Shown here piece after piece: positions 8,086-16,643 of a stretch of DNA of 64,000 nucleotides. Where the stretch lies: the IMG/VR virus record IMGVR_UViG_3300048861_000079, positions 1 through 64,000 of that record, one strand, 5' to 3'. The translations under genes were made by a program, and so were the position numbers. Each line of letters opens with the position of its first letter. Within the stretch, counting starts at the first letter, position 1. The notes beneath the pieces were generated by a model, which was not told where the DNA came from, did no database searches, and saw only the letters and a list, made by a program, of their open reading frames with translations. The DNA is from a virus. Its lineage: Duplodnaviria > Caudoviricetes.

Positions 8086-8114
8086 TTGACTGTAAGTAAG
8101 TGTTTACTTACACA
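8086..8114 (+). promoter_or_regulatory. Sigma70-like tRNA promoter with operator palindrome (8092-8111) in the spacer
   Basis: TTGACT-17-TACACA; GTAAGTAAGTGTTTACTTAC. Confidence 0.75.
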
Positions 8115-8125
8115 TGGATCTCAGA

Positions 8126-8202
8126 CGCGGGATAGCTCAGCCAGGTAGAGCGGTGGCCTCATAAGCCACAGGTCATGGGATCGAAGCCCATTCCCGCAAC
8201 CA
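8126..8202 (+). tRNA. tRNA with CAT anticodon, initiator (fMet)-like but atypical
   Basis: Cloverleaf CGCGGGA/TCCCGCA, C1:A72 mismatch, loop CTCATAA, encoded CCA; T-loop ATCGAAG. Confidence 0.9.
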
Positions 8203-8206
8203 ACAT

Positions 8207-8282
8207 TGGTTCGTAGCTCAGTTGGGAGAGCGGGTGACTGTTAATCACCGGGTCGCAGGTTCGAGCCCTGCCGAACCAGCCA
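8207..8282 (+). tRNA. tRNA-Asn(GTT)
   Basis: Canonical cloverleaf TGGTTCG/CGAACCA, loop CTGTTAA, TTCGAGC T-loop, CCA. Confidence 0.95.
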
Positions 8283-8297
8283 ACCAAAGGCTAGTCT

Positions 8298-8822
8298 ATG
8301 ATCCCTCCCTACCGTAATGCCGTCTGCCGGGGCTCTCTTGCCCTTGGAACCGCTTGCCGCCGCTGCGAGCGCTGTGATGCCGAACGCGAGCAGATGCGCG
8401 CGCAGCAGGTCTCTGCCGAGAAGTCCGATGCTCATCAGCCGACGATCAACGTCGTCGTCAATGCAACGGAGTTGAAGGCTGCGCCTGATATCGCCCAAAA
8501 GGTCAAGGACGCGCTGGCGGGCTCGATGCGCTTCCACAGTGGCGGTGTCGCTGGTCTGCCTGTCAAGGGCTACAAGAAGGAGCAGCCCGCGCACCTGGTC
8601 GCCCTGGTGAACGAGAACAAGCTTCTCGAGGAACTCGTGCTGCGTCAGATCACCTGCCACGTCAGGACCGACGGCATTGACCAGCGCTTCGTCGCCCTCG
8701 CCCGCACCAAGATCCAGGAAGCCTTCATGGACCTCAACCGGGCCGTCTTCCAGCCGCAGCGCATCGAGGACATGGACGGCACCACGGCGCTGATCGTCAA
8801 GCTTTTGGACCGGAGCAACTGA
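8298..8822 (+). CDS. Acb2/Tad1-like nucleotide sponge domain with Cys-rich N-terminal extension
   Basis: GLPVKGY...VALVNENK..EE...QRFVALARTKIQEAFMDLNRAVFQP resembles the Acb2 pattern; CRRCERC N-terminus. Confidence 0.6.
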   Translation: MIPPYRNAVCRGSLALGTACRRCERCDAEREQMRAQQVSAEKSDAHQPTINVVVNATELKAAPDIAQKVKDALAGSMRFHSGGVAGLPVKGYKKEQPAHLVALVNENKLLEELVLRQITCHVRTDGIDQRFVALARTKIQEAFMDLNRAVFQPQRIEDMDGTTALIVKLLDRSN

Positions 8823-9358
8823 TGTCCGTGATCGTCTACGACGTCAGGAACGGCCTGATGTGCTCTGACACCCGCGCCTATGGCGGCGACAGCCACCCGA
8901 TCGGCAACAAGCGCAAGATCCATCGCCTATCCGACGGCTCGCTGCTGGGCATGTCCTCTTCGCAGCCGGGAGTGCCTGAGGAGTTCAAGGCCTGGATTGA
9001 GCGTGGCGCCAAGCTCGAGGACTACGGCCCCACCTCGCCCGATATCGAAGCGCTCCTGGTCAAGCCCAATGGCGACGTCTTCCTGTTTTCGGACAGTTAC
9101 TACGCCGCTGGTCCTCTGACTGGCGACGTGTTCACCGTTGGGTCCGGCAAGAAGTATGCGCTGGGCGCCCTACGTGCCGGCGCTGACGCGCAGCGGGCCG
9201 TAGAGGTGGCCTGTGAGTGCGATACGATGTGCGGCGGCCCTGTGACCGCTCTCAAGCTGTTCGAAGCCACCCCTGAGCCTCCTGTTCCGGTTTCTGGCGC
9301 CGTGAGCGTTGTAGACGAAGCCATTGACTGGCTCGCTGCTCCTGAAACCCTGAATTAA
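8822..9358 (+). CDS. HslV/proteasome-beta-like Ntn peptidase
   Basis: N-terminal SVIV...SDTR; GSGKKYALGAL; D..CGG. Confidence 0.75.
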   Translation: MSVIVYDVRNGLMCSDTRAYGGDSHPIGNKRKIHRLSDGSLLGMSSSQPGVPEEFKAWIERGAKLEDYGPTSPDIEALLVKPNGDVFLFSDSYYAAGPLTGDVFTVGSGKKYALGALRAGADAQRAVEVACECDTMCGGPVTALKLFEATPEPPVPVSGAVSVVDEAIDWLAAPETLN

Positions 9359-9370
9359 GGATTTCAGGAA
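9341..9370. repeat. 8-bp centromere-like repeats in inverted arrangement
   Basis: CCTGAAAC CCTGAATT AAGGATTT CAGGAA. Confidence 0.65.
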
Positions 9371-9595
9371 ATGCGTAATCCCTTCTCCGATGACGAGGAT
9401 CTCGATGTGGCAGCCGTAAATCTTACGGCCGGCCTCGCTCGCATGTCCGACGGCTCGATGCGGCCGATCACCAACATGTTCGACATCGATGGTGACGACA
9501 CCGATGACCCGGTCGCTGCCATGAGCTGTGTCGTCAAGGATCACGAGGATCGCTGGCTCGCCGTCGACCTCCTCGGTTTCGATGATCCCGACTGA
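9371..9595 (+). CDS. Acidic hypothetical protein
   Basis: CAGGA SD, phage-like codon use. Confidence 0.7.
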   Translation: MRNPFSDDEDLDVAAVNLTAGLARMSDGSMRPITNMFDIDGDDTDDPVAAMSCVVKDHEDRWLAVDLLGFDDPD

Positions 9596-9630
9596 AATCC
9601 TTATTCCCTGAAATCCTGAAAGCTGGAAAC
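9591..9630. repeat. 5 x 8-bp centromere-like repeats
   Basis: ACTGAAAT CCTTATTC CCTGAAAT CCTGAAAG CTGGAAAC. Confidence 0.7.
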
Positions 9631-9634
9631 CCAT

Positions 9635-9844
9635 ATGCAGCGCATCGAGAACCTCATCTTCACCACGATCCACTGGATCGGCTTTATCGGCATCCTGACG
9701 ATCGTCATGGGCTGGGCGGCCGTCTTCTTGCCGGCAACGCTTGCGGCCTTCATTCTGCTTTACGCCTGTCTGTTCGTTCTCGGGTGGGCGGCGAGGATTG
9801 TGGTGCTGGCCGTGCGATGGCTGCGGGCGCATCCGCTGTTCTGA
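9635..9844 (+). CDS. Small membrane protein
   Basis: Two hydrophobic helices. Confidence 0.65.
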   Translation: MQRIENLIFTTIHWIGFIGILTIVMGWAAVFLPATLAAFILLYACLFVLGWAARIVVLAVRWLRAHPLF

Positions 9845-9853
9845 GAAACGACA

Positions 9854-9877
9854 AAGGGCCGGCGATGACCGGCCCTT
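9854..9877. terminator. Bidirectional terminator between convergent genes
   Basis: AAGGGCCGG-cgatga-CCGGCCCTT. Confidence 0.75.
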
Positions 9878-9910
9878 CTTATTTACAGATCTCCTTAATT
9901 ATGGAAATCC

Positions 9911-10180
9911 TTATTTATTACTGTTCTTTTCCTGCCAGGCTTCGAAGCTCTCCATCAACAGGTCGATCATTTTCATGTTACCGGCCGCCGCGGTCATCTT
10001 GAACCGCTTGTGCCAGGAGAGCGGAACAGAGAACGACAGCATGAACTTCTTTTCGTCCTTCATGTTCTTGGCTGCGCCGACGGGCTGATTTGCCTGCTCG
10101 CCGAGGAAACTGGACTGCTGTTTTCGCTTCGGTGCGGCGACCTCAGCTCTGGAAGGGGCCTTTCCTGCTTCTGCTGTCAT
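9911..10180 (-). CDS. ParG-like ribbon-helix-helix centromere-binding protein
   Basis: Overlaps parA stop; flexible N-terminus plus RHH pattern MLSFSV/LSWHKRFK/KMIDLLMESF. Confidence 0.75.
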   Translation of the reverse strand: MTAEAGKAPSRAEVAAPKRKQQSSFLGEQANQPVGAAKNMKDEKKFMLSFSVPLSWHKRFKMTAAAGNMKMIDLLMESFEAWQEKNSNK

Positions 10181-10833
10181 GCTGCTTCTCCAAGACGTGT
10201 GACGTGGGCAACGATCTCTGCCGCGAGTAGGTCGGCCGTCTCTTCCAGACGCGCGGTATTGAGCCCTTGCACCTCCGATAAAGCATAGCCCTGGTTCTGG
10301 GCGCGTTGGTAGCTCGTTTTCGCCGTAATGTGGTTTTCGGCGACCGTGAAATGCGTTGCCTGACGGAGATAGTTGCGCGCCTCGATTACGGCAACCCGGC
10401 TTTCCGTCGTCTTGTTGAGCACGAAGAGAATCCGGTCCTTCTCGATGCCTTTCTCAACAAGCTCATTGGCGAACATTAGCTGGGGCTGAAGATCGTCCAG
10501 GGGCAGGCCCGTCGGCACGATGATCAGATCGGACACGCGGGCGATCTCCATCGAGCTCTGATCCGAGTCCGGGCGACCGTCCGCAACCACCAGATCGAAG
10601 TCCTCTTTACGCAGCTGTGTCGGGCGATTGTATTCTTCGCCGAGGATTGGTGGTTCGATTCCCGCGGCGGCGCGCGTGCCGCACCAGTTTACGGAGGTTT
10701 TCTGCTTGGTGTTGAAGTCGGCGATCTTCACTTGCCAACCGTGGCTCGCATAAGTGCGGGCAACCAGGCGGGCGAGGGTGGATTTGCCGACCCCGCCTTT
10801 CTGGGAGAGACAAGCAATTACCAGTTCAGCCAT
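10177..10833 (-). CDS. parA: Type Ib ParA partition ATPase
   Basis: Deviant Walker A QKGGVGKST; short 218 aa, no N-terminal HTH. Confidence 0.92.
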   Translation of the reverse strand: MAELVIACLSQKGGVGKSTLARLVARTYASHGWQVKIADFNTKQKTSVNWCGTRAAAGIEPPILGEEYNRPTQLRKEDFDLVVADGRPDSDQSSMEIARVSDLIIVPTGLPLDDLQPQLMFANELVEKGIEKDRILFVLNKTTESRVAVIEARNYLRQATHFTVAENHITAKTSYQRAQNQGYALSEVQGLNTARLEETADLLAAEIVAHVTRLGEAA

Positions 10834-10843
10834 GACAGGATTC

Positions 10844-10883
10844 CCTTAAATACTGATTTCAGGGTTTCAGTGAATAAGGGAAA
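10844..10883. repeat. 5 x 8-bp repeats upstream of parA (parS/operator)
   Basis: CCTTAAAT ACTGATTT CAGGGTTT CAGTGAAT AAGGGAAA. Confidence 0.7.
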
Positions 10884-10907
10884 GTTAGGCCGAAATGGTT
10901 AACAAGT

Positions 10908-11366
10908 CTATACCGTGAAGCCGAGACCGGGCATCTCGGTCTTCCTGCGCTCGTAGTCCGGAGCGCCGAAGTCCAGCGGTTCGAACATGTCCAGGTCGAA
11001 GATCTCCTCGACCTGCGCCGGCGTCAGATCAAGCACCTTCCAGCGGTAGATCGTCTCGCATACGGCCATGTTGACAAAGCTCTCCGCGTCTGCCGGAACA
11101 TGATAGCGCTGCAGCAGCTTGTGGATCTCCTGATCACCCATGATCTCGCGCTGATAATCCTCGATGCGGAAGTGCATCTTCTTGATCTCGAACTCCCGGC
11201 GCTGGATGGTAGGGGCGGGGATCAGCATGTCGTCATCGAGTGAGCCCGGCACGAAGTGATTGATCGAGTCCGGATCGAGCCATTCCAGAACGACGCGCGG
11301 GCCGGACGCGTGCTGTGGGCGAACATGCAGCTCGCCCACCAGTTCGTTCTGCGACCAGACCTGCAT
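10908..11366 (-). CDS. Hypothetical protein
   Basis: Coupled to the kinase gene (TGATG overlap). Confidence 0.75.
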   Translation of the reverse strand: MQVWSQNELVGELHVRPQHASGPRVVLEWLDPDSINHFVPGSLDDDMLIPAPTIQRREFEIKKMHFRIEDYQREIMGDQEIHKLLQRYHVPADAESFVNMAVCETIYRWKVLDLTPAQVEEIFDLDMFEPLDFGAPDYERRKTEMPGLGFTV

Positions 11367-11938
11367 CAGATCTCGCCCCTGTAGACCGGCTGACCAATGA
11401 CGGCGATCAGCTTCTCCATCAGGTCGGCGCGGGCGTCATCCGGCGACAGGCCGCGCGCCAGGCCATCGTTGAAGATGACGTGATCGGCATATTCCGGATT
11501 GTAGCGGTCGAACTCGTAAGGGAAGGGGCCTGCAAGCGGGTTCTTGATCTCAAGCACCAGCGCGCCCTGTTCCTTCCAGTAGCGACCCTGTTCGCGCCGG
11601 ACGGATCCAAACGTCGACAAGGCACCCTTCGGACGGGCGTTGTGGCTCATGATCGGGATGATGTCGCCGCCGAACTTCTCTTCGAAGGCATTGCCGATCT
11701 CGCCGAGGATCTCGCGCACGGTCCATTCACGACCGTTAAGCATGACCTTCTCGAGCTTGCCTTCCTGGGTGAAGACCTGGTCATGGGTCAGACCCATGTA
11801 GTTGATGGCGATCATGCGCAGCGGGCGGCCGTCGTCAGCAACATCATGGCCGTAGACTTCATGAATAATTTCGGCAGCGGTGGTCTTGCCGCTAGTGGGG
11901 TTGCCGCAGAGGGCAATAATCTTAGGCAATGCAGACAT
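11366..11938 (-). CDS. Deoxynucleoside monophosphate kinase (T4 gp1-like)
   Basis: IIALCGNPTSGKTT P-loop; REILGEIG; DHVIFNDG. Confidence 0.8.
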   Translation of the reverse strand: MSALPKIIALCGNPTSGKTTAAEIIHEVYGHDVADDGRPLRMIAINYMGLTHDQVFTQEGKLEKVMLNGREWTVREILGEIGNAFEEKFGGDIIPIMSHNARPKGALSTFGSVRREQGRYWKEQGALVLEIKNPLAGPFPYEFDRYNPEYADHVIFNDGLARGLSPDDARADLMEKLIAVIGQPVYRGEI

Positions 11939-11954
11939 GCTTCGCTCCTTGTCA

Positions 11955-11973
11955 TAAGTAAGTGTTTACTTAC
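11955..11973. promoter_or_regulatory. Palindromic operator copy
   Basis: TAAGTAAGTGTTTACTTAC. Confidence 0.8.
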
Positions 11974-12006
11974 TTTATAGCGCAAGGAGTCTCGCGTGCT
12001 GCAGAA

Positions 12007-12038
12007 AGGGAAATCAGGAATTACGAATTTAAGGAAAT
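12007..12038. repeat. 4 x 8-bp centromere-like repeats
   Basis: AGGGAAAT CAGGAATT ACGAATTT AAGGAAAT. Confidence 0.6.
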
Positions 12039-12212
12039 ACTGCTTTCCGTATCGCCGGCCATGGTGCGCAGCCGCATCGCCAGGATCTTGACCTGGCCCT
12101 TCAGCCTTTCGTTATCCGCGCGCAGCTTGGCGTTTTCGGACTCGAGGTGATCCGCGGACAGGATCGACTGTCCGCGGGCGTTGAAGAAGTGGATCGGATC
12201 TACGGGCTTCAT
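12021..12212 (-). CDS. Small coiled-coil hypothetical protein
   Basis: ATGA overlap with the helicase stop. Confidence 0.6.
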   Translation of the reverse strand: MKPVDPIHFFNARGQSILSADHLESENAKLRADNERLKGQVKILAMRLRTMAGDTESSISLNS

Positions 12213-13792
12213 GCGGCCACCTTCTGAGCGTCGAATTCGTGCCAGGGGAAATTGTCGTTGTCGGCGAGAATGCCTTCCACGAATCCCGGCGTCTTTCTGA
12301 TGATGTTATAGCGCTGGCCGGCGTGATCGCGCAGCGTGTTGTTCATGTTGATCGAGTAGTCGGCGATGAAGGTGATGTTCGGCCCACGCTTCTTGGCGCG
12401 CAGACCACGGCCGATGCGCTGGCGAAGCGCGACCTCGGCCTTCATGCCGCCGGCGAGCTGAACCAGGCCGATCGCCGGGCAGTCGACGCCGACGTCGAGG
12501 ATGTTCGTGCCGATCACGTAGTCGAGCTCACCGGCTGCCAGGGCTGCGAGCTTTGCCTTGCGCTCCTCCTGATCGTCCTTGCCACGCAGAAACGCGCCCT
12601 TGAGCCCGTGTGCATTGTAGAGCGCGTCGATATTGTCGCCGGCCGCGGTGCGTGCGACCAGAACGAGGGTAGGGAGGCTGTAGCGCTTTGCCATCAGCGC
12701 GTCGGCAAGCATCGCCTGGTGCAGCGTCGAGCCTTCCTTGACGTAGCCGAGCTCGTAGGCGCGCTCGAACGGCGAGGACTTGTGAAGGCCCTTGGGCGCA
12801 TCGACATTGACCAGCTTGAAGTAGGGCTTTGCCAGAATGCCCCGCTCAATCAGAAGCTTCTCGGAAATGTCGATCAGGACCGGGCCGAAGGCGGCCATCA
12901 GGCGCATGTTGTCGGCCGCCGAGTCACGCATGAACGGTGTTGCGGTCAGCGCCACGCGGATCGAGGCATTCTTGCAGTGACGCAGGATCTCGTAGTAGCT
13001 CGTGCCGCCGGCCTCATGCGCCTCTTCACCGATCACGACCTCGATCAGCGACAGGAAGGTCAGAATGGCTTCCCGGCGCTTGACCTTCTTGTTGTAGCGC
13101 TCGGTCGCCAGCCGGACGATCTCATCTTCGGTGATGTTCGGATTGCCCTTCTTGGTGCCGTGGGCCGCCTTGACGATCGCGCGCCGCTCCGCCGGGAAGC
13201 TCGGCTCCTCGAGCGCCTGCACGAGCGTCTGCACCATGCCGAGGTTGACGCCCTTGACCACCTTCATCTCGCCGTCGCCGATCTGCCCGGTGTTGAGCCC
13301 GATCTCCTTCAGCTGATCATCCATCTGGTAGAGCAGGATTCCGCGGGTGGTCAGAAACAGCGTCATGCGCCGGTAGCGCGCCATGATCAGCTTGGCGATC
13401 TTCGACTTGCCGCCGCCGGTCGCCACGCGGATGATGCCGGCGCCATGCTTTTCGACCTGGCGCAGCGCCTTCATCTGGTAGTCATAGCGCGGATCGTCGT
13501 TGCCGAACTCATCCACGATCGGGGTTTCGGGCCCGAGCGGTGTTGCGATCGGGCGGGTGATGTCGTGGACGTAGTGGCCGATCTTGGTCAGCTCTTCCTT
13601 GACCAGATGGGAGAAGCCGGCAGGAAAGGTATTCAGCGTCGATGAGTAGAAGCTCGACTTGCCGGACCAGGTGCCGATCCCGTTGCTCTCGACTTCGTAG
13701 GAAAGCAGAGAAGAAACGAAGTTTGCGACCTCGCGCGGCGGGCTGACGAGCTTTGCGACGACTGAATTTCGGGCGAGTTGCACAGGAGCCAT
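12209..13792 (-). CDS. SF2 (UvsW-like) DNA helicase
   Basis: ATGGGKS, EEAH, TATP, DVGVD, QRIGRGLR motifs. Confidence 0.9.
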   Translation of the reverse strand: MAPVQLARNSVVAKLVSPPREVANFVSSLLSYEVESNGIGTWSGKSSFYSSTLNTFPAGFSHLVKEELTKIGHYVHDITRPIATPLGPETPIVDEFGNDDPRYDYQMKALRQVEKHGAGIIRVATGGGKSKIAKLIMARYRRMTLFLTTRGILLYQMDDQLKEIGLNTGQIGDGEMKVVKGVNLGMVQTLVQALEEPSFPAERRAIVKAAHGTKKGNPNITEDEIVRLATERYNKKVKRREAILTFLSLIEVVIGEEAHEAGGTSYYEILRHCKNASIRVALTATPFMRDSAADNMRLMAAFGPVLIDISEKLLIERGILAKPYFKLVNVDAPKGLHKSSPFERAYELGYVKEGSTLHQAMLADALMAKRYSLPTLVLVARTAAGDNIDALYNAHGLKGAFLRGKDDQEERKAKLAALAAGELDYVIGTNILDVGVDCPAIGLVQLAGGMKAEVALRQRIGRGLRAKKRGPNITFIADYSINMNNTLRDHAGQRYNIIRKTPGFVEGILADNDNFPWHEFDAQKVAA

Positions 13793-13804
13793 GAATTCGG
13801 GGCC

Positions 13805-13852
13805 TTGCCTATTGTAAATCTTGCTGGATATTGTAAGTAAGTGCTTACTTAC
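13805..13852 (+). promoter_or_regulatory. Promoter TTGCCT-18-TATTGT overlapped by operator 13833-13852
   Basis: GTAAGTAAGTGCTTACTTAC at -10/+1, between divergent genes. Confidence 0.75.
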
Positions 13853-13866
13853 GACACAGGGATATC

Positions 13867-14607
13867 ATGCGCAACATCGAATTTCTTAATGTGCCCGTCG
13901 GGCAGCTCAGAAAGAACCCCTGGAATACCAACAAGGTCACGCCCGGCAACGAGGCGAAGATCCGGGCCTCGCTCGAGCGCAACGGCATGTTCAAGCCGAT
14001 TATCGTTCGCCAGGTCGAAGACGTTCCCGGTTTCGAGATCCTGGGCGGCGAGCACCGCTGGGAACAGGCCATCGCCATCGGTGCCGAGGAGGTGCCGATC
14101 GCCAATCTCGGGTTCATTTCGGACAAGCAGGCCAAGGAAATTGGGGTGATCGACAACAGCCGCTATGGCGCTGACGACACCCTGTCGTTTGCTGAGCTCC
14201 TGAAGGAGCTTGGTGATGTTGATGAATTGCAAGGTTTTCTTCCGTTAGGATCCGCAGATCTCGATGCTATTTTCTCAGCTTCTACTATAGCGCTGGACGC
14301 GCTGGAAATTGACGAAAACTTCGAAAGGGATTTGGAGCAGGAAGAGGAAGTAAAGCCGACCAAGGCGCCGAAGACGCATATTGTCATGCGCTTCAAGCTT
14401 TCTTTGGGTGACGCAGAGCGCCTTACCGCTCTGATCGCCAAGACCCAGAAGTCCGAGGGATATACTTCCGAAGACGATCTTACCAATGCCGGCGATGCGC
14501 TGGTTCACCTCTTGTCCGGATCGATGACCACCAGCCCTGTCGCCTTCACGGGTGACGAGGAGCTCGAGGCGATGATGGACGCTGCCCTCAAGGATGACGC
14601 CGAATGA
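13867..14607 (+). CDS. ParB/Srx N-terminal domain protein
   Basis: NPWNTN...GMFKPIIVR...GGEHRW. Confidence 0.85.
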   Translation: MRNIEFLNVPVGQLRKNPWNTNKVTPGNEAKIRASLERNGMFKPIIVRQVEDVPGFEILGGEHRWEQAIAIGAEEVPIANLGFISDKQAKEIGVIDNSRYGADDTLSFAELLKELGDVDELQGFLPLGSADLDAIFSASTIALDALEIDENFERDLEQEEEVKPTKAPKTHIVMRFKLSLGDAERLTALIAKTQKSEGYTSEDDLTNAGDALVHLLSGSMTTSPVAFTGDEELEAMMDAALKDDAE

Positions 14608-15260
14608 AGCACTTCCCGATCGAACTCTGGGATATCGACCAGCTTGTGCCTTATAAGGCCAATGCCAAGAAGCATCCGCCCGAACAGATCGAGGCGCTGG
14701 CGAATCTGATCAAGAAGTCCGGCTGGACCCAGCCGATCGTGGTCTGGCAGAACGGCGAGATCATCGCTGGTCACGGCCGCCGCCTGGCTGCCATTCATCT
14801 TGGCCTGGCAAAGGTTCCGGTCATCGTCCGATCGGACATCACCAAGGCCGAGGCGGATGCACTGCGCCTGGCCGACAACCGCGTCACGTCCACCGACTAC
14901 GACCAGGCTGCCATCCAGATCGAGCTGCAGCGCCTTTCCGGCGAGCTCGACGGTGAATTGCAGCTGACCGACCTCGGCTTCACTGACAAGGAACTCGACT
15001 TCACGCTCGGCGAGCTGGGCGAGATCAACAGTGACTTCTTCGTGGACGATATCGGCGCTGCTGTCGAAGAGCAGAAGAAGGAAAACGAGAAGAAGGTCGA
15101 GGCGACCGACGACACGGCCGCTCCCGTCGGCGATGCCCTCGGCTTCAAGCGCGTCACGATCGCCGAATCTCGCCAACTGCGCGAGCTGATGGCTCGCATC
15201 GAGGAGCGCTCCGGCAAGAAGGGCGTCGAGGCGCTCATCTACACGCTCCAGAATTCCTGA
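14604..15260 (+). CDS. ParB/Srx N-terminal domain protein (methylase-associated type)
   Basis: PY..NAKKH...GWTQPIVV...IIAGHGRRLAA...RLADNR. Confidence 0.85.
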   Translation: MKHFPIELWDIDQLVPYKANAKKHPPEQIEALANLIKKSGWTQPIVVWQNGEIIAGHGRRLAAIHLGLAKVPVIVRSDITKAEADALRLADNRVTSTDYDQAAIQIELQRLSGELDGELQLTDLGFTDKELDFTLGELGEINSDFFVDDIGAAVEEQKKENEKKVEATDDTAAPVGDALGFKRVTIAESRQLRELMARIEERSGKKGVEALIYTLQNS

Positions 15261-15279
15261 TTTCCTGAATTAAGGTTTT
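15256..15279. repeat. 3 x 8-bp centromere-like repeats
   Basis: CCTGATTT CCTGAATT AAGGTTTT. Confidence 0.55.
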
Positions 15280-15283
15280 ACTA

Positions 15284-15721
15284 ATGTCCGAAGAAGGCGC
15301 CCAGGTCATTTCACTCGCAACCCGCAAGCCCTGGCACGAGGAGCAGGCTGAAAAGCGCAAGCAGCGCCGCTCGGATGCCCAGAAGAAGCGGCACGAGAAG
15401 AACCAGGCGAAGAAGGATCACAAGACCACCCAGCTTCAGATGCTCGATGAGATCCGGGCGCTGGTCGAAGCCGACAAGTTCGAAGGCCTGCTGATTGTCG
15501 GCCGCGATCCTACGACCAAGAACTTCTACAACGACTTCGTCCTCGACGTGACCACCGTCCCGCTCAATGACTATTACGCCTATGCGGGCGTCCTTCAGAC
15601 GCTCGCAGTAGAGCTCCAGCAGTGCGCCACGATGGCGCCGGCGCTGATGGCCGACGGGTCGACGCTTGATCCGTATCTCGAGGAACCGGAAGTTGTCTAC
15701 CTCGAGGGTGACTTCGAATGA
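15284..15721 (+). CDS. Hypothetical protein
   Basis: In operon; basic N-terminus. Confidence 0.75.
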   Translation: MSEEGAQVISLATRKPWHEEQAEKRKQRRSDAQKKRHEKNQAKKDHKTTQLQMLDEIRALVEADKFEGLLIVGRDPTTKNFYNDFVLDVTTVPLNDYYAYAGVLQTLAVELQQCATMAPALMADGSTLDPYLEEPEVVYLEGDFE

Positions 15722-16353
15722 CCGAATATACCATCACCCGCAAGTTCAACACCTCCGTCGAGCGCTCGGCGCGCGTGCTGGAGATTGCCGAGAGCTTCGG
15801 CCTCGGTCTCTCCGATAAGGAATTCGTCGTCTATGACGGCCTGACAATCGACGTGAAGCCGGCCGATGTCGTCTACATCACCGGTCAGTCGGGCTCCGGC
15901 AAGTCGCTGCTGCTGCGTGATCTGTCGTCCCAGATGACCGCCGCCGGCCTCAAGGTCGCCGATCTCAACAAGATCGAGCTCGAGGAGCGGCCTGTTGTGG
16001 AGCTGCTCGGCAAGTCCACCAATGAGGCACTCGATCTCCTGGCAAAGGCCGGCATCTCGGACGCCTGGATCTATATTCGAAAGCCGTCGGAGCTCTCCGA
16101 CGGTCAACGCTACCGTCTGAAGCTGGCAATGCTCATGGACTCGGACGCCGATGTTTGGATCGCTGACGAGTTCGGCGCCGTCCTGGACCGCGTGACGGCC
16201 CGTGTGGTCGCCTTCTCGATGCAGAAGGTGTCTCGCCGCGCCGGCAAGACCTTCATGGTCGCCACCACGCATGATGACATGGTCGCTGAGCTGGCGCCGG
16301 ATCTCACCATCACGAAGCGCTTTCGCGAAAAGGTGGAGGTTGTCTCCGCATGA
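15718..16353 (+). CDS. Soluble ABC-family ATPase
   Basis: GQSGSGKS, LSDGQ signature, IADEF, TTH. Confidence 0.9.
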   Translation: MTEYTITRKFNTSVERSARVLEIAESFGLGLSDKEFVVYDGLTIDVKPADVVYITGQSGSGKSLLLRDLSSQMTAAGLKVADLNKIELEERPVVELLGKSTNEALDLLAKAGISDAWIYIRKPSELSDGQRYRLKLAMLMDSDADVWIADEFGAVLDRVTARVVAFSMQKVSRRAGKTFMVATTHDDMVAELAPDLTITKRFREKVEVVSA

Positions 16354-16643
16354 ATTACGGCGAAGCGCTCGAATTCGTGAAGAGGGGAGGGGCTGCACGT
16401 CGCAAGGACTGGTCCGCGAAGGAGCGAATTTACCTGGAGCAGGGTAGTCGCGACACCACCAGGCTTTTTGGATCCACGCGGCTTGCGGCAGTTCTAAACG
16501 CCGAGCTCTTCCAGAGTGGCGACAAGGGCACGGTGACGCGCCTTCCGAACATCAATCGCAAGACGGCCGGCGGCGAGACCGAGACTGGCTACAACCCCTC
16601 CCAGCTCGATCAGCTGGCCGAGGATTGGGAGATCATCGAATGA
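16350..16643 (+). CDS. DUF2829/Tad2-family protein (Thoeris anti-defence sponge-like)
   Basis: MNYGEAL..K.G...R..W and PSQ.D.LAEDW motifs. Confidence 0.8.
   Translation: MNYGEALEFVKRGGAARRKDWSAKERIYLEQGSRDTTRLFGSTRLAAVLNAELFQSGDKGTVTRLPNINRKTAGGETETGYNPSQLDQLAEDWEIIE

Noticed and set aside
12209-13792. Inactive helicase because the DExH box reads EEAH
   Set aside because: All other SF2 motifs are intact; a conservative D-to-E change is not enough to call it inactive.
15718-16353. ABC ATPase as a membrane transporter
   Set aside because: No permease or binding-protein genes; context is ParB/GNAT/terminase.
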